In this document: in pieces, positions 56,678-64,000 of the stretch
Position numbering within the stretch: position 1 is the stretch's first letter
How the letters are laid out: every line of letters starts with the position of its first letter
Source: Sandaracinaceae bacterium
GTDB lineage: Bacteria > Myxococcota_A > Polyangia > Polyangiales > Sandaracinaceae
NCBI GenBank assembly: GCA_044220955.1
Contig: JBGAQA010000004.1
Span: 32,001 to 96,000, forward strand
Reading direction: 5' to 3'
Length of the DNA: 64,000 bases
Notes under the pieces: model-generated
Databases searched by the model: none
Told to the model about the DNA's origin: nothing
What the model saw: the letters and a program-made list of their open reading frames with translations, nothing else
Translations under genes and position numbers: made by a program

Positions 56678-58960
56678 ATGGCTCGACTTCACACGCGCGT
56701 TCTCGCGCTCGGAGCTCTCGGTGCGCTCGCTCTGGCGGGCTGCTCCGGGAGCGACACGCCTGCGCCCGGCACCGACGGAGGGTCGTCGATGGACTCCGGC
56801 GGCGGGATGACCGACACCGGGCTGCCACGCCCCGACACGGGGGTCGACGGAGCAGGTCCGGGGGTGGACGGCGGGTGCACCGCCGGCTCGATGCTCTGCG
56901 GTGGTGCGTGCGTCGACGTCACGACGAGCACGACGAACTGCGGCTCGTGCGGTCACGCGTGCCCGACCGGCCAGTCGTGCACCGCGGGCGCGTGCGCGTG
57001 CCCGGGCGCACAGGTGACGTGCGGGACCGCGTGCGCGGACCTCTCGACGAGCATGGCGAACTGCGGCACCTGCGGTCACGCCTGCCCTGCGGCGTCGACC
57101 TGCGTGAGCGGCGCGTGCACGTGCGCGACGGGCTCGATGCTCTGCGGAGGGGCCTGCGCCGACGTGGCGATTGACACGATGAACTGCGGCGTCTGCGGCA
57201 ACGTCTGCGGCACGGGCGCGACGTGCACCGCGGGCATGTGCTCGGCGTGTCCGAGCGGACGCACGCTTTGCAACGGGCTCTGCGTCGACGTCACGAGCGA
57301 CGGCGCGCACTGCGGCACTTGCACGAACGCGTGTCCCGCGACGGCGACGTGCACCGCGGGGGCCTGCGTGTGCCCGACCGGGCAGATCGACTGCGGTGGC
57401 ACCTGCGCCGACGTGTCGTCGGACTCGGCGAACTGCGGCACCTGCGGCCACACGTGCGCCGCGGGCGCGACGTGCGTCTCGGGCGCGTGCGTGTGCCCGG
57501 CCGGGACTCCGATGATCTGCGGCGGCGGCTGCGTCGACACGCAGGTCGACACCAACAACTGCGGCTCGTGCGGCAACGCTTGTCCGTCGACGGCGACCTG
57601 CACGGCCGGCACGTGCGTCTGCAACCCTGGCCTGGTGAACTGTGCACCGGCCGGGGCGCCGGTGTGTGCGGACCTCTCTGCCGACCCCAACCACTGCGGC
57701 AGCTGCGCGGGCGCGAACCACCAGTGCCTGACGGGCGCGACGTGCGTCTCGGGCGTCTGCCAGGCGTGCCCTGCGGCGAGCCCCGACCAGTGCGGCGGCA
57801 GCTGCGTGAACCGGCAGACGGACGAGAACAATTGCGGCGCGTGCGGCCGTGTCTGTCCGACGGGATCGACCTGCACGGCGGGCGCGTGCATGTGTCCCGC
57901 GGGCGACGTCGCGTGTCCCGGCGGCTTCGGCTCGCCGGGCGTCTGCGCGGATCTCTCGGCCGACCCGCTCCACTGCGGCACGTGCGGCACGGCATGCCCG
58001 ACGGGCGCCTCGTGTGTCTCGGGCGTCTGCCAGTGCCCTCCGGGGGACGTCGCGTGCACCGGCTTCGGGCGCAACGAGTGCGCGGACCTCTCGAGCGATC
58101 CGCGCAACTGTGGGATGTGCGGCCGGAGCTGCGCGACGGGCGCGACGTGCGTCTCCGGTGTCTGCAACTGCCCCCTGGGCCAGGTCTCGTGCGGCGGCGG
58201 CGGCGGTGGTGGCGGCGGCGTCTGCTCGGACCTCTCGAGCGATCCGCTGCACTGCGGTACGTGCGCGACGACCTGCCCGGCGGGCGACGTCTGCGTCTCG
58301 GGCGTCTGCACCTGCCCGCCCGGCAACACGATGTGCGGCGGGCGCTGCGTGAACACGATGACCGATCCCCGCGCGTGCGGCACCTGCGGCACGCAGTGCC
58401 CCGCCGGCGACACCTGCGTGGCCGGCGCGTGCACGTGCAGCGGCACCACGTGCGGCACCGGTCCGGGCGCGACGTGTGTCTCGACGATGACGTCGGGGCT
58501 CGACTGCGGCGGCTGCAACATGCCCTGCGGCGACGCGGAGTACTGCGCCGGAGGCACGTGCAGCTGCGACCCGGGGCTCACCTCTTGCGGCGGCAACTGC
58601 ACGCACCTCACGACGGACGTGCAGAACTGCGGCAGCTGTGGTCGCACCTGTCTCGGCATGGGCCTCGGCAACCCGCGGTGCATCTCCGGCGAGTGCCGCG
58701 ACACCACGTGCGGCGCGGTGGGCCTCACCTTCTGCAACGGCAGCTGCCTCGAGCGCGGAGCCTTCACGAGCGATCCGCTGAACTGCGGCGGATGCGGCAA
58801 CGTCTGCGCGGCCGGCGAGGTCTGCGCGAACGGCATGTGCCAGGCGTACATCCAGCCCCCCTCGTGCACGACGTGCCCCTGCGCCGCGTGCGGTGCGGGC
58901 ACGCGCTGCTGCACATACGCGTCGCAGGCCATCTGCGTCGACGGCGGCAGCTGCCCCTGA
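56678..58960 (+). CDS. Cys-rich Stig1/MXAN_6577-like repeat lipoprotein (15 repeats)
   Basis: SD AAGGAGG; lipobox LAGC; 15 repeats of about 40 aa; same cap CTTCPC..CCTY..ICVDGGSCP. Confidence 0.9.
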   Translation: MARLHTRVLALGALGALALAGCSGSDTPAPGTDGGSSMDSGGGMTDTGLPRPDTGVDGAGPGVDGGCTAGSMLCGGACVDVTTSTTNCGSCGHACPTGQSCTAGACACPGAQVTCGTACADLSTSMANCGTCGHACPAASTCVSGACTCATGSMLCGGACADVAIDTMNCGVCGNVCGTGATCTAGMCSACPSGRTLCNGLCVDVTSDGAHCGTCTNACPATATCTAGACVCPTGQIDCGGTCADVSSDSANCGTCGHTCAAGATCVSGACVCPAGTPMICGGGCVDTQVDTNNCGSCGNACPSTATCTAGTCVCNPGLVNCAPAGAPVCADLSADPNHCGSCAGANHQCLTGATCVSGVCQACPAASPDQCGGSCVNRQTDENNCGACGRVCPTGSTCTAGACMCPAGDVACPGGFGSPGVCADLSADPLHCGTCGTACPTGASCVSGVCQCPPGDVACTGFGRNECADLSSDPRNCGMCGRSCATGATCVSGVCNCPLGQVSCGGGGGGGGGVCSDLSSDPLHCGTCATTCPAGDVCVSGVCTCPPGNTMCGGRCVNTMTDPRACGTCGTQCPAGDTCVAGACTCSGTTCGTGPGATCVSTMTSGLDCGGCNMPCGDAEYCAGGTCSCDPGLTSCGGNCTHLTTDVQNCGSCGRTCLGMGLGNPRCISGECRDTTCGAVGLTFCNGSCLERGAFTSDPLNCGGCGNVCAAGEVCANGMCQAYIQPPSCTTCPCAACGAGTRCCTYASQAICVDGGSCP

Positions 58961-58984
58961 GCTCGGCCCGCCGAAGGGCGGGCC

Positions 58985-59809
58985 GTGGACGATCGCCCGC
59001 GCCGCGCGCACAGTCGTCTCGACGTGGACACGGACGGGCTCGGCTTCGTGATGCTCTTCCTCGGCGCGGTGACGGCGCTGCCGACCCTCGTGCTCCTCTA
59101 CTTCACGCTGACGGACGACGGCGCCCTCGCTCGGTTCCACGCCACGCCGCGCCAGCCCATCCGAGGCGCGCGGTCCGGCGACGCGCTCAAGATCGCCGGC
59201 GTCGCCGCTGCGCTCGAGCCGCTCGTCGGGCCCTTCACGGGCCGTGACGCGGTCTGGTACGCCCTCGTGGTGACGGAGACGGAGCGCTCGTTCGACGGAA
59301 CGCACCTGCGCGAGCGCGTCACGCGCCATCTCGCGGAGCAGAGCCGCGCGCCCTTCGTGGTCACGGACGACTCGGGAACGTCGGCGCGCATCGTGGTGGA
59401 CGGCGAGGAGCTGCTGCCGAACGTCACCAGCGAGACGTTCGAGCCCCCGCTCCCCGCGCGCGTGCGGCAGGCACTCGAGGCCCGGGGCATCCCGACGCGC
59501 GCGAAGGGCGGCGAGCCGAGGCACCTCGTCTGCATCGAGCGCGCGATCGCGCCGGCAGACCCCGTGGTCGCGATCGGTCCGGCGCGGCGCGTGACGAGCG
59601 GGAGCGGCGAGGCGACGAGCTACCGCGACGCCCCGACCGAGCTCGTCCTCGGCGAGCGCGCCGCGTCCGGAGCGCGCATGTTCGTGCTGACGAACCGCCC
59701 CGAGCGGGAGCTCGGCGCGGGCGAGCGTCGCTTGACCCAGATCACCTGGGCGCTCGCCGCCTCCACGCTCGCGCTGCTCGGCGGCGGCGCGTGGCTCTTC
59801 TTCGGGTGA
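58985..59809 (+). CDS. Membrane protein with GIDE-like domain
   Basis: TMs at both ends; KIAG...PLVGPFTGRDAVWY, PFVVTDDSG.ARI, ERAIAPADPVVAIG. Start may be 59024 or 59051. Confidence 0.7.
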   Translation: MDDRPRRAHSRLDVDTDGLGFVMLFLGAVTALPTLVLLYFTLTDDGALARFHATPRQPIRGARSGDALKIAGVAAALEPLVGPFTGRDAVWYALVVTETERSFDGTHLRERVTRHLAEQSRAPFVVTDDSGTSARIVVDGEELLPNVTSETFEPPLPARVRQALEARGIPTRAKGGEPRHLVCIERAIAPADPVVAIGPARRVTSGSGEATSYRDAPTELVLGERAASGARMFVLTNRPERELGAGERRLTQITWALAASTLALLGGGAWLFFG

Positions 59810-59897
59810 CGCAGCCGCTTTCTTCGTTGCGCCCCGCGGAGCGCCCGGATAGCGTGCCCCCCCGACCGCGCCGGTTTTTCGCGCGGGGGAGTGATCG

Positions 59898-60728
59898 ATG
59901 GCCGAAGCCGTTGCCGGAGGCAGCGCAGGGGACAAGCCCCGCAGGCGCCGCCTGCGCGTGTACATGGAGACCCGCCGCAAGGACACGTGGTGGGCGCCGC
60001 AGCTCCTGACCTTCGTGGTCTTCACGTCGTTCATCGTCTACGCGACGTGGGCCGCCTTCCAGGGCGAGTACTACACGAGCGGGCCCTACCTCTCGCCGTT
60101 CTACGCGCCCGAGCTCTGGGGCACCTCGCACCACGCGTGGTTCGGGCCGCCGCCGGACTGGATCCCCGCCTGGATCCCCTTCACGCCCGCGCTCCTGATC
60201 CTCCCGTTCCCCGGGGGCTTCCGCTTCACCTGCTACTACTACCGCGGCGCCTACTACAAGGCGTTCTGGCAGGACCCGCCGAGCTGCGCCGTCGGCGAGG
60301 CGCGCGGCAAGAGCTTCTGGGGCGAGAACTCGCTCCCGCTGATCCTGCAGAACGTGCACCGCTACTTCATGTACGCGGCCGTCGTGTTCATCTTCTTGCT
60401 GAGCTACGACGTGTGGCTCGCGATGTGGTTCCCGGACGCGGCGGGCGTCGAGCACTTCGGCATCGGCGTCGGCACCATCATCATGTTCGTCAACGTGTGC
60501 CTGCTCGCCAGCTACACGTTCGGCTGCCACTCGCTCCGGCACCTCATCGGCGGCGGCAAGGACGCGCTCCCGAAGGGAGGCCTCGGTGCCGCTTGCTACG
60601 ACGGCTGCTCCAAGCTCAACACCAAGCACCAGCTCTTCGCCTGGTGCTCTCTCTTTTCCGTCGCGCTGACGGACGTCTACATCCGCCTCTGCTCGATGGG
60701 CATCATCACCGACTTCAGGATCATCTGA
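59898..60728 (+). CDS. Succinate dehydrogenase membrane anchor, Sdh1 (Rv0249c)-like
   Basis: YLSPFY.P, FRFTCYYYR.AYYK.FW.DPP.CAV, QNVHRY, GCHSLRH, H..FAW.SL; first gene of the sdh operon. Confidence 0.85.
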   Translation: MAEAVAGGSAGDKPRRRRLRVYMETRRKDTWWAPQLLTFVVFTSFIVYATWAAFQGEYYTSGPYLSPFYAPELWGTSHHAWFGPPPDWIPAWIPFTPALLILPFPGGFRFTCYYYRGAYYKAFWQDPPSCAVGEARGKSFWGENSLPLILQNVHRYFMYAAVVFIFLLSYDVWLAMWFPDAAGVEHFGIGVGTIIMFVNVCLLASYTFGCHSLRHLIGGGKDALPKGGLGAACYDGCSKLNTKHQLFAWCSLFSVALTDVYIRLCSMGIITDFRII

Positions 60729-62542
60729 TGGCTACGGAGTACCAGACACACGAGCACGACGTGATCGTGCTCGGAGCCGGCGGCGCGGGTCTGCGCGCGG
60801 CGATCGAAGCTTCGGCAGTCGGCGTCCGCGTCGCCGTCCTCACCAAGTCGCTGCTCGGCAAGGCGCACACCGTCATGGCCGAGGGCGGCATGGCGGCGGC
60901 GATGGGCAACGTGGACGACCGCGACAACTGGAAGGTGCACTTCGCCGACACGATGCGTGGCGGGCAGTACCTGAACCAGTGGCGCATGGCCGAGCTCCAC
61001 GCGAAGGAGGCGCCCGAGCGCGTCAAGGAGCTCGAGGCGTGGGGAGCCGTCTTCGATCGCACCAAGGACGGCCGCATCCTCCAGCGCAACTTCGGCGGGC
61101 ACCGCTATCCGCGCCTCGCGCACGTCGGCGACCGCACGGGCCTCGAGCTGATCCGCACGCTGCAGGACCACGGCGTCCACAAGGGCATCGACTTCTTCAT
61201 GGAGGTCACGGCCGTCCGCCTGCTGAAGGACGGGGACCGCGTCGCGGGCGTGTTCGCGTATGACCGCGAGCGCGGACGCTTCCGCGTCTTCAAGGCCAAG
61301 GCCGTCGTCCTCGCCACGGGCGGTATCGGCCGCGCCTACAAGATCACCAGCAACAGCTGGGAGTACACCGGCGACGGTCAGTCGCTCGCGTACCACGCGG
61401 GCGCGACGCTGATGGACATGGAGTTCGTCCAGTTCCACCCGACGGGCATGGTGTGGCCGCCGAGCGTGCGCGGCATCCTCGTGACCGAAGGCGTGCGGGG
61501 CGAGGGCGGCGTCCTCCGGAACAAGGAGGGCAAGCGCTTCATGTTCGACGACATCCCCGAGAACTACAAGTCGAGCACGTCCGACAACGAGGAAGAGGGC
61601 TGGCGCTACGTCACCGGCGACAAGGGCGCGCGCCGCCCGCCCGAGCTGCTCACGCGCGACCACGTCGCGCGCTGCATCCGCCGCGAGGTGAAGGCGGGAC
61701 GAGGGTCGCCGCACGGCGGCGTGTTCCTCGACATCGCGTGGATCAAGGAGAAGGTCCCGAACGCGCCCGAGCACATCAAGCGCAAGCTGCCCAGCATGTA
61801 CCACCAGTTCATGCAGCTCGCGGGCGTCGACATCACCAAGGAGGCGATGGAGGTCGGCCCGACGACGCACTACATCATGGGCGGTGTGCAGGTGGACTCG
61901 GACACGCAGATGTCCGCGGTGCCGGGCCTCTTCGCGGCGGGCGAGGTCGGCGCCGGGCTGCACGGCGCGAACCGCCTGGGCGGCAACTCGCTCTCGGACC
62001 TCATCGTCTTCGGCAAGCGCGCGGGCGAGTACGCCGCGAAGTACGCGAAGGACAACGCGGACGTCTCGGTGGCGAGCGATCAGATCGACGAGATCGCCAA
62101 GCTCGCGCTCGCGCCCTTCGAGCGGGACGCGAAGGAAGGCCCCTACGACGTCCAGTACGCGCTGCAGGACATGATGCAGGACCTCGTCGGCATCGTCCGC
62201 GTCGAGGACGAGATGAAGAAGGCGCTCGAGGGCCTCGAGGAGCTGAAGGCGCGCGCGGTGAAGGTCGGCGTGCACGGCAACCGCGAGTACAACCCCGGCT
62301 GGCACACGGCGCTCGACCTCGACAACCTGCTCACGGTCAGCGAGGCGATCACGCGCGCTGCGATCGAGCGCAAGGAGTCGCGCGGCGGCCACTTCCGCGA
62401 CGACTACCCGGAGAAGGCCGCCGAGTTCTCGAAGTTCAACGTCGTGATCAAGAAGGGCAAGGGCGGCGAGATGGAGGTCTCGCGCCAGAACCTCACTCCG
62501 ATGCGTGATGACCTCGCCAAGGTCATCGAGGAGAACAAGTAG
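60728..62542 (+). CDS. sdhA: Succinate dehydrogenase/fumarate reductase flavoprotein subunit
   Basis: GAGGAG, KAHTVMAEGG (FAD-His), QFHPT, TEGVRGEG, HYIMGG, HGANRLGGNSL, ESRGGH. Confidence 0.95.
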   Translation: MATEYQTHEHDVIVLGAGGAGLRAAIEASAVGVRVAVLTKSLLGKAHTVMAEGGMAAAMGNVDDRDNWKVHFADTMRGGQYLNQWRMAELHAKEAPERVKELEAWGAVFDRTKDGRILQRNFGGHRYPRLAHVGDRTGLELIRTLQDHGVHKGIDFFMEVTAVRLLKDGDRVAGVFAYDRERGRFRVFKAKAVVLATGGIGRAYKITSNSWEYTGDGQSLAYHAGATLMDMEFVQFHPTGMVWPPSVRGILVTEGVRGEGGVLRNKEGKRFMFDDIPENYKSSTSDNEEEGWRYVTGDKGARRPPELLTRDHVARCIRREVKAGRGSPHGGVFLDIAWIKEKVPNAPEHIKRKLPSMYHQFMQLAGVDITKEAMEVGPTTHYIMGGVQVDSDTQMSAVPGLFAAGEVGAGLHGANRLGGNSLSDLIVFGKRAGEYAAKYAKDNADVSVASDQIDEIAKLALAPFERDAKEGPYDVQYALQDMMQDLVGIVRVEDEMKKALEGLEELKARAVKVGVHGNREYNPGWHTALDLDNLLTVSEAITRAAIERKESRGGHFRDDYPEKAAEFSKFNVVIKKGKGGEMEVSRQNLTPMRDDLAKVIEENK

Positions 62543-63298
62543 ATGGCCGGCAAGGTCACGCTCAAGATCTGGCGCGGCGGCGTCGACGGCGAGTTCAAGG
62601 AGTACACGGTCGACGCGGACGACGGCATGGTCGTCCTCGACGTCGTGCACAAGGTCCAGGCCGAGCAGGCCAACGACCTCGCGGTGCGCTGGAATTGCAA
62701 GGCCGGCAAGTGCGGCAGCTGCTCGGCCGAGATCAACGGCATGCCGCGCCTCATGTGCATGACGCGCCTGGACACCATCGACACGACGCAGCCGATCACC
62801 GTCGAGCCGATCGCGAGCTTCCCGCTCGTCCGGGATCTCGTGACCGACGTGTCGTGGAACTACGAGGCGAAGAAGAAGATCAAGCCGTTCAAGCCGCGCA
62901 AGCCGGACGCGGAGGACGGCACGTGGCGGATGGACCAGCGCGACGTCGATCGCGTCCAGGAATTCCGCAAGTGCATCGAGTGCTACCTCTGCCAGAACGT
63001 GTGTCACGTCATCCGCGACCACGACAAGCACGTCGAAGGGAAGGACGGAGTCGGATTCGTCGGGCCCCGCTACTTCGTGTACGCCGCGGCGCTCGAGATG
63101 CATCCGCTCGACACCGAGGACCGCGAGCCCGACCTCAAGGAAGCGCACGCCATCGGCTACTGCAACATCACGAAGTGCTGCACGGTCGTGTGTCCCGAGC
63201 ACATCACGATCACCGACAACGCGATCATCCCGCTCAAGGAGCGGGTCGCGGACCGGTTCTACGATCCGATCCGGCGCATGTTCCGCATCGTGAGGTGA
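62543..63298 (+). CDS. sdhB: Succinate dehydrogenase iron-sulfur subunit
   Basis: CKAGKCGSC..C, CIECYLCQNVC, CNITKCCTVVCP. Confidence 0.95.
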   Translation: MAGKVTLKIWRGGVDGEFKEYTVDADDGMVVLDVVHKVQAEQANDLAVRWNCKAGKCGSCSAEINGMPRLMCMTRLDTIDTTQPITVEPIASFPLVRDLVTDVSWNYEAKKKIKPFKPRKPDAEDGTWRMDQRDVDRVQEFRKCIECYLCQNVCHVIRDHDKHVEGKDGVGFVGPRYFVYAAALEMHPLDTEDREPDLKEAHAIGYCNITKCCTVVCPEHITITDNAIIPLKERVADRFYDPIRRMFRIVR

Positions 63299-63307
63299 CG
63301 AGAAATT

Positions 63308-63342
63308 CCCTCTCCCACTTCGTGGGAGAGGGTTAGGGTGAG
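63308..63342. repeat. REP-like palindrome CCCTCTCCCAC-TTC-GTGGGAGAGGG plus TTAGGGTGAG tail
   Basis: Perfect 11-bp stem directly after the sdhB stop; related to 10434-10457. Confidence 0.8.
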
Positions 63343-63357
63343 CCTGGGGAGGCACGA

Positions 63358-63864
63358 ATGGCTCGTCATCACCTGAAGTCGATCGCGAAGGAGTCGGTCC
63401 CGCGGGCGCTCGAGAAGGCGGAGCGTTACCGCTTGCTGAACGAGCCCTTCCTCGCCGAGAGCATCTGCCTCGACATCCTCGCGATCGAGCCGGAGAACGA
63501 GGCGGCGCTCGTCTGCTACGTGCTCTCGCTCACCGACCAGTTCGGCGCGGGCCCAGGCGGGAGCGTGAAGAAGGCGCGCGCCGCGGTCGCCAAGCTGAGG
63601 ACCGAGTACCAGCGGCACTACTACTCGGGTCTCATCTGCGAGCGCCGCGGTCAGGCCTACGCCGAGAGCAACGCGATGGGATCGCGCGACGCCGCCTGGG
63701 ATTACATCGCGGAGGCGATGGAGTGCTACGAGCGGGCGGCCGCGGACACGCACGAGAAGGGCAACGACGACCCGATCCTGCGGTGGAACACCTGCGTCCG
63801 GCTCATCGAGGCCCACGGCCTGGTCGAGCCCAGCGTCGAGCGCAGCGAGCACCCGCTCGAGTAG
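63358..63864 (+). CDS. Hypothetical TPR-like helical protein
   Basis: SD GGGGAGG; ALEKAERYRLLNEP..AESIC, YY.G.ICERR, ILRWNTC. Confidence 0.8.
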   Translation: MARHHLKSIAKESVPRALEKAERYRLLNEPFLAESICLDILAIEPENEAALVCYVLSLTDQFGAGPGGSVKKARAAVAKLRTEYQRHYYSGLICERRGQAYAESNAMGSRDAAWDYIAEAMECYERAAADTHEKGNDDPILRWNTCVRLIEAHGLVEPSVERSEHPLE

Positions 63865-63885
63865 CCGAGCGTCGGGCCTCGGGAG

Positions 63886-64000
63886 ATGGTGTTCGATCCC
63901 TTCTCGGCGTCTCCGGGCAAGCGTGCCGTGGAGCGCGCGTGGCTCGCGTACACCCCCGTCTGGGGCGCGATCACGGGCGTGATCATGCTCGGGGGCTTCG
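63886..64000 (+). CDS. Partial (3'-truncated) membrane protein, possible cycloeucalenol cycloisomerase (CPI1-like)
   Basis: MVFDPFSASPGKRAVERAWLAYTPVWGAITG resembles the P.KR..E...L.YTP.W N-terminus of plant CPI1; only 38 aa are visible. Confidence 0.45.
   Translation, partial: MVFDPFSASPGKRAVERAWLAYTPVWGAITGVIMLGGF

Noticed and set aside
55124..58960. Regularly spaced DNA repeats (AACTGCGGC..TGCGG) resembling an array
   Set aside because: These are degenerate in-frame coding repeats, with no constant repeat/unique spacer structure and no cas genes, so not CRISPR.
1..64000. tRNA, rRNA, integrase, transposase or prophage genes
   Set aside because: No recognisable signatures by eye, and intergenic spaces are short. 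A covariance-model search was not possible.

Overview
Very GC-rich, gene-dense bacterial DNA. Its content (many Ser/Thr kinases, sigma54 activators, Cys-rich lipoproteins with D-A/T-G linkers, a MYXO-CTERM-like tail) points to Myxococcota, probably Sandaracinaceae/Polyangiales (inference). About 58 CDS were called by eye from the ORF track, with starts trimmed where the given ORF is over-extended. No rRNA, tRNA, CRISPR array or transposase was seen. The best candidate for an undescribed system is the ~12 kb block at 19585-31780. On the + strand, a membrane histidine kinase and a sigma54 response regulator precede a three-gene operon: a stand-alone class II terpene cyclase-like protein (PDADCT), a GNAT-fold protein and a UbiA prenyltransferase. 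Divergent from them is a c-di-GMP output operon (hybrid kinase, REC-EAL, Ser/Thr kinase-PilZ). Both operons carry a correctly spaced sigma54 -24/-12 element, and a paired palindromic enhancer-like site lies in the divergent gap. This suggests a co-regulated meroterpenoid signal/response circuit. Other highlights: an ECF sigma locus with a repeated TGTAAG-N16-CGTT promoter motif; two beta-propeller/di-heme peroxidase-like proteins, one coupled to an orphan MsrQ-like gene; a plant-like GH19 chitinase lipoprotein; a 4/9/15-repeat ladder of Cys-rich lipoproteins next to a kinase/FHA-sigma54 module; a 92-bp palindromic insert with a 15-bp duplication; an Sdh1-like succinate dehydrogenase; and a possible sterol cyclopropyl isomerase at the right edge. 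All family assignments come from motif recognition, not database searches.
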